This document shows, one piece after another, positions 48,501 through 56,709 of a stretch of DNA of 64,000 bases. A model generated the notes under the pieces. That model searched no databases. It was given only the letters and a program-made list of their open reading frames with translations, and was not told the origin of the DNA. The translations under genes were made by a program, and so were the position numbers. This DNA is from a virus: positions 24,822-88,821 of the IMG/VR virus record IMGVR_UViG_3300045988_068528. One strand, written 5' to 3'. The first letter of the stretch is position 1, and every line of letters begins with the position of its first letter.

Positions 48501-49397
48501 TCTGTTAATTACGCTAATAGTGCAGGAAGTGCTAATTCTGTAGCTTGGAGTAATGTAAGTTCAAGACCTACAAAAGTTAGTCAGTTCGCTAACGATAGCG
48601 GCTATATTACATCTAGTGGAAGCTGTTCTTACGCATCATCTGCTGGTAATGCTGATACTGTTGATGGTTATCATCATACTTCATTTTTAAAGTTGGCTGG
48701 TGGTACAATGACAGGAAGATTGAATTTTACACCTAGCATTTCTGCTACTGGAAAATATGATGAAGGTATGATGTGGTTTGGTAGTATTAGTCATGGTTTA
48801 GCTACTAATTATTATTATTATATTCCTTGGTTTGGAGGTCGCGATGTAGTAAACAATTATGGATATGGTAATACAATATCTGTAGGTGCTTATCATCAAC
48901 AAACTTCGGATTGCGGTTTATACATAGGAATGTCTTGGGATGGTAATGCTCCGGATAATTTTTTCAGGTTTTCTAGAAGCGGTAACTTTCTTGCCCCTGG
49001 TGGCATCACAGCCTACTCATCCTCAGACATCCGCTTGAAGCAGGATTTGCGGAAGCTGGACTACTTAGGTATCATCAAGGCAATGGGTGGCACTTATGGC
49101 TTTGCTTGGAAAAAGGACAATACAAGGTCTATCGGCTGGATTGCTCAGCACGTCTTGTGCAACCCTCACTTAAAGGACATCGTGGAGACTGACGAGAAGG
49201 GCTACTACAAGATTAATTACTGGTCTCCGAAGTTGATTGCAACGGCATTCGGTGCTATCGAGCAGGTGGGCGATGAGGTCAGCAGGTTGAAGGCTCGTGT
49301 AGTCTTCCTCGAATCAGAGGTTCAGCGATTGAGCGGAAAGCAGGACGGCAATAACAAGAAGAGATTAGATAACAAGAATATTAATTTATTAAATTAG
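42597..49397 (+). CDS. tail tip / host-specificity fibre protein with a C-terminal S74-type intramolecular chaperone domain
   Basis: 2266-aa ORF. The C-terminus reads AYSSSDIRLKQDL...GFAWKKD...IGWIAQHV...INYWSPKLIATAFGAIEQ plus a coiled coil, resembling the self-cleaving chaperone of fibres and endosialidases. Internal ...TSHQSL... repeats are present. Confidence 0.85.
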   Translation: MSTWNIYHKDGSKLTDVNGEQITVHGLEYSDSWMGECFLTINFKHEVPINFQIGDYIVYRGERFELNYEPGKDKQARPDTYGEGFVYENVKFNSLQDELSRADFLDVVLNDNELHYTSLPKFPFYVETLDDLLDRIQANLDEQIGAGKWRIYSRNMDRSVQRGCLKSEWLSVYGEKTDDNIIDSQSVTVDSVTCWDALALINSKWDINFIVRGRNVYVGTTGIQAAHIFKYGLGEGLYELEQNSDSDQKVITRLRAYGSEKNLPSHYYADLGVKYVANITKVVTASTNVELELDIDYIETYFKNKRKYVVSGESQEQSNGWVLQVTFDFQTTITGYVTQSGSSGKCRFYSELKGTQTDTGDEESKEKLDAFIAQVKAGNTKMYITSGLNKKVVPSSMKEYAKNLPNNMSINRLMLPGFPHVSLSDFYDSLTDEEKKYVNPTGKQHRFSTDPHRPYIDSINIDQIGLRSASQFFDTDDKTNGIIEIYPTIEEMEIGGVRADEIDEGVAPDDDGRYDGDPGPNNVDIYLTKAVDFDIKDLADDDFSISMKDGMCGGRTFKVASSTKVDGRWRLTIERSKDDALELWFPYKDYPIRKGDHFVLTGITLPDSYVKAASLKLLKYALALLDKNDYTRFVYQPKVDELFMARQHDKAVADTTGTIKSLHDTLKAGDLMEFEDGDLKIGGIITIDQLNIVEKEGKIPTYEIVLREDKEVGTIQKIQQQISSLQNGVNASLTASQVKTQVAVEGSKYFVSKLTDDIAKGTVTWEKVQKFFSGLLIGNSNNENGGSWTPDTEGRSHLITDYLEVRMKAIFEELVIKKTSTIGGKEIISPAGGVVAHKVEVVTVTYNNVSQKAYRCYFLAEQEGDSVDNDFAVNDQVRSESFNVRKGTYHKVGNHFYWRLVIGRDEEPVELEGKKYHYIDLSDTDCATASDVPAKGDVLSQCGNRTDVERQNCLIFSAVDTYSPSVSLYHGINSYSFANKEYVEYGVNKQTNKAFFNVYGDMYVGDRPTKENGYEGSSYIKYDSAAKQVSVKGKISAKSTVDGKELSQYIKENSAKGLTEEQVNNLIKNSQVIADLQNQVDGAIETWFYEGVPTLKNAPASSWTTDKDKDTHLGDLYYDNKTGKAYRFAKDGNTYKWTIITDTDIAKALSDASKAQETADGKMKVFSTQPNPPYQVGDIWVNATYPSDGSTYKNEVLRCQTNKAAGSQFVIGDWIKASRYTDDTVANAAKKAAEDAQKAAQTAQTNITNLGKTVTGNKKAFDNYVKDGYLEPSEIAAMAQDSKRLEDDFAAAQKSYNEVKGAEVLKDTKELSDLNSAFATLSTAKKELITYLSDISTRYNAADTNGKATIVSAVGTKFTNFQNAYSAFYDKLGLANAYITSKIYGDLGVVIGDVTSLAYLKKALMDAPDTEINGGLVLTSLIGLRDTDGNTTAGINGITEKSAKGGGVAAWFGGEMVDKDYNDGSKTPANTIFRFDGSGYVAGGAIWWGTDGRVHADPTSFIISEKNLGAYLTFFEPTWKSGSAGTSVADLVSLKPNAPFSKLGVSGDATFEGAISFHGIKLTYDAANKAIKIDGNLYATGGISAYGASDGTSSGGGLNGSVKSYADALKLASESLSEIASAYSIKALDSRIVSLEGGSAMDVSVSGSGNAVTAISKSGTTISVTKGATFLTSHQSLASYLTKTDAARLYQPKGSYLTAHQSLDGYVNAIITSGNGNAITSVSKSGKTITFTKGSTFLTSHQSLNNYVTKGSILKDNVNLDSITTTGFYRASGLKTLPGYGQLLTIFAGGDTITQIYGAFDGRLYTRGGNPTDVGGHGYWSSWKTIIYDGDNISHFANDVGYIKTHQDISGKADKSQLANYLPLSGGKMSGVLQLDTPSTGMTDPNTMRLFLNTNKYNGINSTPGIGFHILNTCWGNLRMESDTSLTWFNAKNDGYLPIKASGFVIGGVASDNYVLLAGGGHKTISSLSVNYANSAGSANSVAWSNVSSRPTKVSQFANDSGYITSSGSCSYASSAGNADTVDGYHHTSFLKLAGGTMTGRLNFTPSISATGKYDEGMMWFGSISHGLATNYYYYIPWFGGRDVVNNYGYGNTISVGAYHQQTSDCGLYIGMSWDGNAPDNFFRFSRSGNFLAPGGITAYSSSDIRLKQDLRKLDYLGIIKAMGGTYGFAWKKDNTRSIGWIAQHVLCNPHLKDIVETDEKGYYKINYWSPKLIATAFGAIEQVGDEVSRLKARVVFLESEVQRLSGKQDGNNKKRLDNKNINLLN

Positions 49398-49405
49398 ATT
49401 AGAAA

Positions 49406-49711
49406 ATGGAGAATTTAAAGATTAACAAGAAGAGTGAACAGACAACCGCCACTTACACAAAGGGTGGCTATCGAGTAGAAATCACCTACAATGTTGACAA
49501 GACGGGTGGCAACATCGACAGCATCAACATGAGTATCTATGGTGATGCAAATGGTAACTATCTCGGCAATGCGAACGCAAGCTCCAACGGCAGCGAGCTG
49601 ACCTACAACATCAGCGGCATCCCTCAGAGCAAGCTCAGTGAGGTATCAGCATTGATAGCGGAGGTTGATTCCGCTATCGCTACCAATATGGCTAGCGAGG
49701 CAGCAGAGTAA
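49406..49711 (+). CDS. hypothetical protein (101 aa)
   Basis: ORF directly after the fibre gene. Confidence 0.6.
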   Translation: MENLKINKKSEQTTATYTKGGYRVEITYNVDKTGGNIDSINMSIYGDANGNYLGNANASSNGSELTYNISGIPQSKLSEVSALIAEVDSAIATNMASEAAE

Positions 49712-49787
49712 GTATCGTGAGTATTAACGCAGGGTGGCTCTTATAGAGCTGCCTTGCCTAGTGTTTTAAGTTTTAAAGATTAAGCGT

Positions 49788-50849
49788 ATGGCTCTATCTA
49801 ATAACAAAATCACTGCTCCAGTGAGCGTGGATGATGTTGCGGATTGTCTCGGAATGAACCGCAGCAGTACCTTGGCAGACCTATGCACGTCATCGAAAAT
49901 TAACGTCTGGGCGAAGTACAAGCCTACCGTATTTCCATCACCCTTTCCTGACGATTGGTATAAGGCGAAGGATGGCAACTACGGCATCAATATTACGGTA
50001 GAAAACGGCAAGAGCAACTGGAAAGACCTTGTGGCAGAATACTCCAAGACCAATAATGGCTATACCACCTTATATAACAAGCCAACTGGCGGTGCGTCTT
50101 CTCCATACCGCCTTGGCGATTTCAGAGGGTACTTTCACAATGCGAATCCCGAAGTCAGAGACTATCTTGGAATGAATATATTCATCCGTGAAAGTGATAC
50201 CAATCAGATAACTGCGGAGTACAATGCCATATCGGTAGATGGAGACCAGGTAAGCTACTTCGAGTTTGCAGCATTCAAGGATAAGTACTTCGGCTACATC
50301 ATCACCGATAAGAGCAAGTCCACCCTCATGTTCATCACCACCGCATCCAGCGTGGGCACATTCACCGTGCCGCTGCCCAAGAACGCCCTTCAGGTAGGCG
50401 ATTACCTTGCCTTTCCGATGTTCTGCTCGTTCAACTACTCCAGCGACCACACCCTTCATCAGATGACTTGCTATGCCATCCCAAACCTCGCAGGAGGCAA
50501 GCAGCTCTCCATCATCAGCCAGTCACAAGCCGTGGCTGGAAACTTCGCACAGATTACGGCAGAGCAGAAGCTTGGTAGAATCATCGTAACGCTGAAGATG
50601 AAGAATAACGCCACTACAGTAAAAAATGTTGCTGTATATTGCGTATATCAGACCGACCCGTCCAAGGGACAGAGTATGGTCGTAGGAGAGTATATGAATA
50701 CGGTAGGAACGATGAATGCAGGTGAAACCAAGACTGTCAGATTCACAAATCTTACAAGTGGAAAATCGTATAAGATATACGTGATAGCAAATGGCACTTG
50801 GGTTGTAAAGGATCTTTTCCCATTAAGTGGTATTACGCCCGATATGTAG
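49788..50849 (+). CDS. paralogous tail/receptor-binding-like protein A (353 aa)
   Basis: The N-terminal ~70 aa closely match the next gene (KIT.P.S.DDV...INVWAKYKPT.FPSPFPD.WYKA.DGNYGI). The rest is diverged. Confidence 0.7.
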   Translation: MALSNNKITAPVSVDDVADCLGMNRSSTLADLCTSSKINVWAKYKPTVFPSPFPDDWYKAKDGNYGINITVENGKSNWKDLVAEYSKTNNGYTTLYNKPTGGASSPYRLGDFRGYFHNANPEVRDYLGMNIFIRESDTNQITAEYNAISVDGDQVSYFEFAAFKDKYFGYIITDKSKSTLMFITTASSVGTFTVPLPKNALQVGDYLAFPMFCSFNYSSDHTLHQMTCYAIPNLAGGKQLSIISQSQAVAGNFAQITAEQKLGRIIVTLKMKNNATTVKNVAVYCVYQTDPSKGQSMVVGEYMNTVGTMNAGETKTVRFTNLTSGKSYKIYVIANGTWVVKDLFPLSGITPDM

Positions 50850-50894
50850 TAGATATAAAAAGAAGTGTAACTATATTAAAAATAAGAAAGAAAT

Positions 50895-51956
50895 ATGAGT
50901 GTAAATAACGGAAAAATCACCCCCCCCATATCCATCGATGATGTTAAGTCGGTGCTGGGAGAACCGAGTAATGATATTGCCACATTGTGCAAGTCCGCCA
51001 AGATAAATATGTGGGCAAAATACAAACCAACCTGTTACCCTTCACCTTTTCCCGATAATTGGTATAAGGCTAGGGACGGGAACTATGGAATTTCTGTTCC
51101 AAGCTATAACACTCTAGAGTCTTTGTACAATGCTTATTTTATAGATGGTGACGAAAATCACGATAACGGATATTCGTATGAGAGACCTTCGGGAGGAAGT
51201 GCAGAGCCTTATCGCTTGGGTGATTTTAGGGGATACAATAGTAGAGCTACTAGTCCAATTTATGGTTTTCGTGCTACAGTAAGGGCTACATCCAATAGTG
51301 GTGTGTCGGGGTCTTGTGGATTTCGCAGACCATCCGTAGGTGAAGATGATAGAGTTAACCTAGAAGATATTGGTATAACGAAAGATTGTTATTTCGGCTT
51401 CGCTCTGTTCAAAAGTGGGAAACCTGTTTATTTTAGGACAGAATCAAACACTGTAAGCAATGGTAATTTTCTTGTGCAAATCGGTGGAAATGGTTCTAAT
51501 TTAGCTACAGGAACTTACGTTGCCATTCCTTTTCTTTCCACGGCTAAGTATGACAACAGTAACAGACCTAATTTTGTAGCAGGAAGTTGGTATCCAATTC
51601 CTACAGCAGTACCAAACGAAGTGATAATAGAAACAACTCAGAATGCTTACTTGCGAGACTTGAAGTTAGGTTATGACCCATCAACCAAAGAGGTTAGATT
51701 GAAGAATGTTGGTTCTACGACATATAAAAGAATCCATATTGATATTAGGTTCTCTACAAGTACTCAAACGACTGCTTTCCAATTTGGCGAGTATAGGGCT
51801 GTAGCCAACAAAGATATTGCGCCTAATGAGATTATCACAGTTGATATAGGTAGCTATGCCTTACTGGAAGGGAAAAGTTATAAAGCCATGCTTTACGTAG
51901 CAAATACATTTGTTGACCAGATACTTTTGCCATCTAATTCGGAAATGCAAGGCTAA
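50895..51956 (+). CDS. paralogous tail/receptor-binding-like protein B (353 aa)
   Basis: Tandem paralog of 49788-50849. It has a C8 homopolymer at 50920-50927 within codons 9-11. Confidence 0.7.
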   Translation: MSVNNGKITPPISIDDVKSVLGEPSNDIATLCKSAKINMWAKYKPTCYPSPFPDNWYKARDGNYGISVPSYNTLESLYNAYFIDGDENHDNGYSYERPSGGSAEPYRLGDFRGYNSRATSPIYGFRATVRATSNSGVSGSCGFRRPSVGEDDRVNLEDIGITKDCYFGFALFKSGKPVYFRTESNTVSNGNFLVQIGGNGSNLATGTYVAIPFLSTAKYDNSNRPNFVAGSWYPIPTAVPNEVIIETTQNAYLRDLKLGYDPSTKEVRLKNVGSTTYKRIHIDIRFSTSTQTTAFQFGEYRAVANKDIAPNEIITVDIGSYALLEGKSYKAMLYVANTFVDQILLPSNSEMQG

Positions 51957-52001
51957 ATGAGAAAATGAATTAAGTTTAAACATAAAAATAAAGAAACAAT
52001 T

Positions 52002-52466
52002 ATGAAGAAGATTAAGACAATCGAGGCTGTTGCAGCCTACAGAACACTGAAGGCATTGAAGACATCATCAATGGGCGATGATGCCGCTATGCGAGTTTGG
52101 AAGAATATGAAGGCTCTGCGCCACGTAGCCGATACCTACGACAAGGATGTGGAGGAAGCGCAGGAGAGCCTGAAGGATGATAAGTTCGAGGAGATGCAGC
52201 GCAAGCTCCAGGAGTGCCAGCAGCTAGAGCAGAAGCACGCCGATGAGGGCTACGAATATAACAAGGACGATTCAGCCAAGTTTGCGGAGGTCAACCAGTA
52301 CTTCTTCAATCAGAAGCAGAAGACCGAGAAGTACTTCTCAGACCTTGCCAATGCCGAGGTAGAGGTAGCTATTGAGGATGTTGACGAGAAAGAGCTTTTC
52401 AAGGCAGCGAAAGATTGCGGCTTGAAGTTCGCCGATATGGAGAGCCTTGAGGTTGTGATAGGATAA
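52002..52466 (+). CDS. hypothetical acidic protein (154 aa)
   Basis: ORF that is the last gene before a strong terminator. Confidence 0.65.
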   Translation: MKKIKTIEAVAAYRTLKALKTSSMGDDAAMRVWKNMKALRHVADTYDKDVEEAQESLKDDKFEEMQRKLQECQQLEQKHADEGYEYNKDDSAKFAEVNQYFFNQKQKTEKYFSDLANAEVEVAIEDVDEKELFKAAKDCGLKFADMESLEVVIG

Positions 52467-52485
52467 ACACTGATAAGTAGATAGA

Positions 52486-52530
52486 AATAGCGTTAGAATT
52501 TGGCAAGAAAGCCGTTCTAACGCTATTTTT
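52486..52530 (+). terminator. intrinsic terminator ending the structural operon
   Basis: Perfect 13-bp stem AATAGCGTTAGAA / TTCTAACGCTATT followed by a T-run. Confidence 0.65.
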
Positions 52531-52698
52531 GTGACTTATTACTTTCAGATTGTTACTTTTTATAAAGTTTAACAATAAAATATTGCGCAAAATGAACGGA
52601 ATTGTGCAATATTGTTTATTTTTGCAGAACTTTCCTTATTATTAAGAATAAGGAACTAAGAATAAATAATAACCCCAAAAACAAAAGGAGAAGAATTT

Positions 52699-53250
52699 AT
52701 GACTAAAGAGGAAGAAGATGAAGTCCATCGGTTAGTTCAATCAGTCGGTGTTGTACAGTTGTCAAGAGTAATGTTTAAGGACATGGACGTTAGCGAAATG
52801 ATAAACGTCATTATCCTTGCAGGTAGAGGCTACAGCATAAAGCTACTCACTTGGTTTAAGTATTATTGTGAAGTGATGCCTCTGTTTATCATGCTTTTTC
52901 ATATTGCATGCATGGTAACATTTGCGTCTCATGAAAAAGAAATGTGCGTATGGTTTAAGGAGAATTGGGTATCGGCAGCATTTATCTATTTTTCCGTTTA
53001 CATCCATCCGCTTGTACTTATAATTGCGAGCAGATTCTTTTGGCTCTGCTACAGATGGCGTATTCCGATGATAATCTATCTATTTGGGATAAATGCTATT
53101 CATATCGTATACTGGAATGTTTTTACCACCAACGAAATGGTGGAAGCTAATGTTGTAATACTTGTAATGACCATTATATTTTATGTATATGGTTTTGCCG
53201 ATAAGTATTTCTCAGGCAAGGGCTGTCAAAGTTTAATCTCTAGATTATAA
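52699..53250 (+). CDS. multi-pass membrane protein (183 aa)
   Basis: Several long hydrophobic segments. Confidence 0.65.
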   Translation: MTKEEEDEVHRLVQSVGVVQLSRVMFKDMDVSEMINVIILAGRGYSIKLLTWFKYYCEVMPLFIMLFHIACMVTFASHEKEMCVWFKENWVSAAFIYFSVYIHPLVLIIASRFFWLCYRWRIPMIIYLFGINAIHIVYWNVFTTNEMVEANVVILVMTIIFYVYGFADKYFSGKGCQSLISRL

Positions 53251-53254
53251 TGAT

Positions 53255-53596
53255 ATGGGAAAGTTATTTGGTTATCACACCTTGGGAGTGTTATTAAAAT
53301 CGTTATCGGATTCTTGTTTTCGAGCAGACGAGCAAGAGAAGAGAGGGGAGAAGGTAACTGCTTGCGGAATGAGCAGCGATGAGATAGAAGACCTTTGTGA
53401 GAACTATCTGCCGTATGCTCTCAACCCTATGTTGAGCACCGAGGAAGTCAAGGAGAAGCTACACGTTTCTGATGCCACTTTGAACAGAATGGTTGCTAGG
53501 GGTGAAATCCCGAACGGCGAGTGCAAGAAACGTGGGCACACCCGATATTGGAAGAAGTGGGATATTCTGCACTTCATTAAAAAGAAAAGAAAATAA
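53255..53596 (+). CDS. helix-turn-helix DNA-binding protein (excisionase/MerR-like HTH)
   Basis: The C-terminal part reads LHVSDATLNRMVARGEIP...YWKKWDI, resembling excisionase-family HTH domains. Confidence 0.55.
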   Translation: MGKLFGYHTLGVLLKSLSDSCFRADEQEKRGEKVTACGMSSDEIEDLCENYLPYALNPMLSTEEVKEKLHVSDATLNRMVARGEIPNGECKKRGHTRYWKKWDILHFIKKKRK

Positions 53597-53631
53597 TAGT
53601 TGAACATGTAAGTGTTCCTTACAAGTTGAGT

Positions 53632-53662
53632 AAGAGAGGTAAGCGATTGCCTCTCTTTTTTT
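53632..53662 (+). terminator. intrinsic terminator
   Basis: 8-bp stem AAGAGAGG / CCTCTCTT followed by a T-run. Confidence 0.65.
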
Positions 53663-53886
53663 GTTTCAGTTTGCGTGAGTGACTGTTGCAATTTTTGCAA
53701 CTGTCACTCTGACTTCCCAGATTTCGTGGATTTAAAAATACAATATTTCGGAGAAATTATATACAATATTTCTTCAAAAATATATATTGGTTTAAAATGA
53801 TATTACCCACTATCACCTTAAATCACTGATAATCAACCACTAAAAGAAAGTGTGATAGAGTTATATTTGCTCTCATTCATTCTTCG

Positions 53887-53894
53887 TACCTTTG
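53887..53894 (+). promoter_or_regulatory. candidate -7 box (TACCTTTG)
   Basis: Matches TAnnTTTG, 60 nt upstream of the 53954 ATG. Confidence 0.4.
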
Positions 53895-53953
53895 CATCCG
53901 TAACGTTACAATAGTGTTAGTTAATATTAAGGATAACTTAAAAAGATTGTATC

Positions 53954-54679
53954 ATGGAAATGACAGATGCAAAGGTCGTAGAGAAGAAAATCTACGAAGA
54001 GGGAAAGAAGCACGATGATTATGCTTCTAAGGCAACAGGCAATGCTGGTCTTACCCTTGGTATCATCGGCACAGCACTCGGTGCTGGCGCTTGGTTGCTT
54101 GGCGGCAACAACCGCAGTGTGTTTGGTTCACTCGGTGGCGGCAATATGCCTGAGAACGTGAACATCAACGCTTATGGAGCTAACTCAAGCTCAAATCAGC
54201 CAACCGCCTTGCAGGTAATGGAGAAGGAATGCGCTGATGAGGTGAAGCTGCTTACTGATATGTTCGGTTTGAAGCTCGACACCGCTAACAAGTTCTACGC
54301 TATGCGTGAGACAGATGTTGCCGAGAAGTTCGGTCTTTACAAGTCGCAGGTAGATGCTATCAACGCTGAGAACCGCCGTGCAATGCAGGCTGAGTTCGGT
54401 TTGTACAAGTCTCAGATTGATGCAGACTTCGGTTTGTACAAGAATCAGAGAGACCAGTACGATGCGTTGCAAGCTAAGTATTGCGACCTTGACAAGAAGG
54501 TAGCCGTTATGGAAGCCCTCACTCCTTACAAGGAGAAGCTGATGATGGCTTACGTGAACGAGAAGACCTGCAATTGCTTGCGTGGTCAGTTGGTACTCCC
54601 ATCTACGCCAGTAATTTCGGGCTACGGCAGCTATTGCTGTAACAGCACCGCTCCTTCCACTCCCACTACAGGAGCGTAA
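53954..54679 (+). CDS. membrane-anchored protein with three FGLYK(S/N)Q repeats
   Basis: 241-aa ORF. It has a Gly/Ala-rich hydrophobic segment (LTLGIIGTALGAGAWLLGG) and a repeated peptide. Confidence 0.65.
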   Translation: MEMTDAKVVEKKIYEEGKKHDDYASKATGNAGLTLGIIGTALGAGAWLLGGNNRSVFGSLGGGNMPENVNINAYGANSSSNQPTALQVMEKECADEVKLLTDMFGLKLDTANKFYAMRETDVAEKFGLYKSQVDAINAENRRAMQAEFGLYKSQIDADFGLYKNQRDQYDALQAKYCDLDKKVAVMEALTPYKEKLMMAYVNEKTCNCLRGQLVLPSTPVISGYGSYCCNSTAPSTPTTGA

Positions 54680-54802
54680 CAGAGCAGTAAGGAAGTCGGT
54701 TAGACGGACTAAGAAGAAATGAGTTGGTGAGGGGTGTTTGCCCTCGTTGGTGGATGCCCTCTCACCTCTCTATAATATATCACCAACTTAAAGATATTGA
54801 TT

Positions 54803-55294
54803 ATGATGAATTTCGGGAACAGCCCTTTGCTTGATATGGGCACAGGTCAGCAACAGACGCAGATGATGGATGCAGAGCTACAGAAGATGTATGAGGCAAT
54901 ACAGCAGAAGCGAGCATCTATCAATATGCAAGCGCAGCAATCCTCCACCCCACTTTGGGATGAGATTGATAAGATTGAGGACAATCTTACAGGCGCACAA
55001 CGTCAGTACTTGATGCAAAATCAGGAATACGTTAATAGCTTGCAATATGTGTCTAAGCTAGTGCAAGACGAGGAATTGCGCATCATACGTCCTCGCATTG
55101 AAAGCACTCAGCAAGGGCAGGAAGCATTGAAGAAGCACTTATCTTTGATGCAGCGTTTGAGAAAAGAAGTAGCGCAAGCAGAGGAACAGAAATCTGCTAT
55201 GCTCAACGACTATATGACTAACCACAGCGACAAAACTTGGCAAGAATATCTCATTTGGTACAACAAAACAAAGAAAGGAGAAACTAAGAAATGA
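54803..55294 (+). CDS. Gln-rich coiled-coil-like hypothetical protein
   Basis: The first ATG is at 54803. The track start is a TTG. Confidence 0.6.
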   Translation: MMNFGNSPLLDMGTGQQQTQMMDAELQKMYEAIQQKRASINMQAQQSSTPLWDEIDKIEDNLTGAQRQYLMQNQEYVNSLQYVSKLVQDEELRIIRPRIESTQQGQEALKKHLSLMQRLRKEVAQAEEQKSAMLNDYMTNHSDKTWQEYLIWYNKTKKGETKK

Positions 55295-55722
55295 ACGTAA
55301 CAGAATTGAAAGAAAAGCTGCTTACATCGCTTGATTTGTGGGCAGACGCAAGAATTAGCGACATGGTTAAGGAGAATCCTGCATTGGCTATCCCTTCCGT
55401 GTATATGAAGCGGGCATCGCACAATATCATCGCCAAGCACAAGGATAGTTGGGGCAAGAGCATTGACAACGCTACCCTATTCATTGCCGATGAAGACGGC
55501 AACATAGATGCCAACACGATATTTGAAGATATGATGCAGATGCTAAAATCCGTGGAAGATTACAAATTCGATGTAGGTTTTATTCACGGACATATCGACA
55601 AAGGAGTTGTGTCTATTGACCTGCCGGATGGAATTGCCACCGCTATCCTCTTTGGAAGCAAGCGAAGCATCAACTTCACAGAGGAGGACTTTATAGAGTT
55701 GAAAGATTTGATAATAGGTTAA
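55291..55722 (+). CDS. hypothetical protein (143 aa)
   Basis: ORF whose start overlaps the upstream stop (ATGA). Confidence 0.65.
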   Translation: MNVTELKEKLLTSLDLWADARISDMVKENPALAIPSVYMKRASHNIIAKHKDSWGKSIDNATLFIADEDGNIDANTIFEDMMQMLKSVEDYKFDVGFIHGHIDKGVVSIDLPDGIATAILFGSKRSINFTEEDFIELKDLIIG

Positions 55723-55734
55723 AATATACAAGAT

Positions 55735-56241
55735 ATGGAAACAAAAGACATTATGAGTAAGTTTGATGAGCTTTACGGAATGATGGCTTCATCAACCAAT
55801 GTGAAGTATATGCACGTATTCGGAAACACGATGCGTTGCATGATGAAGGATATGGCAGCAAAGCACCCAGAGTTGGCGCAAGAGTATCTTGATAAGCTGT
55901 GCGCTATCAAGTGGAAGAACTATCTCACCAAGAAGGAGGCTTCTGAGATTGTAAACGGAATGAATCCACCTGCCACTTGGGATATGCAGACATGGCTCAA
56001 TGCTATGACTGGTCTAGGGCTTGCGACAGAGGAGAAGCCTTACTATAACGACTATGCTCTTTACGTTGCTATGAATCAGGTTGTAAGCGACCATGGATGC
56101 ACTATTGCCAAGATACTCGGAAAGGATGACGTAAAGGACATTGGCACTGAGCATCTGGTTAAGTATGCACATAGCCTCGCACTTGATCTCCTGAAGGACA
56201 AGGATGGCGTATACGACATCAGAGATTATTTTCTGAAGTAA
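55735..56241 (+). CDS. hypothetical protein (168 aa)
   Basis: ORF with an ATG start. Confidence 0.65.
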   Translation: METKDIMSKFDELYGMMASSTNVKYMHVFGNTMRCMMKDMAAKHPELAQEYLDKLCAIKWKNYLTKKEASEIVNGMNPPATWDMQTWLNAMTGLGLATEEKPYYNDYALYVAMNQVVSDHGCTIAKILGKDDVKDIGTEHLVKYAHSLALDLLKDKDGVYDIRDYFLK

Positions 56242-56259
56242 CACTAAAAACATACGGTT

Positions 56260-56688
56260 ATGAAAAAGGTATTCGAAGACATTATAGCTAGCAATGACAT
56301 GCAGTCTATCAAGAACTGTGTTACGATCATGGCAGATTGTTGCGAAGTTGGAATGAATGACAACGTAATGCTTGATATGATGAAGCAGGTCAAGGGAGAG
56401 ATTGGCGCGTGTCATTATGACGAAGAAATGGCAGATATGCACCTTTGTCTCATTGAGCAGCTTCATACTAAAGACGTTGCCAAGGATTATTGGCATGAGG
56501 TTAAGAACGACAACATCAATCTCGAAGACTGGTGCGTTCTTTGGGGTGAAATGGTAAAACGCAACGCCGGAAAGATTAAGAAGTGGTTCCCGAAAATCAA
56601 CACGCTTGATTTCGAGAGAAAGATTTTCGACGAATGCGTTTCTTTCCTGGAAAACGGCGGAAAGCCATATTATGATTTGAATATCTGA
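56260..56688 (+). CDS. hypothetical protein (142 aa)
   Basis: ORF with an ATG start. Confidence 0.65.
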   Translation: MKKVFEDIIASNDMQSIKNCVTIMADCCEVGMNDNVMLDMMKQVKGEIGACHYDEEMADMHLCLIEQLHTKDVAKDYWHEVKNDNINLEDWCVLWGEMVKRNAGKIKKWFPKINTLDFERKIFDECVSFLENGGKPYYDLNI

Positions 56689-56709
56689 TTTTTTTCGTTA
56701 TTCTGAATG

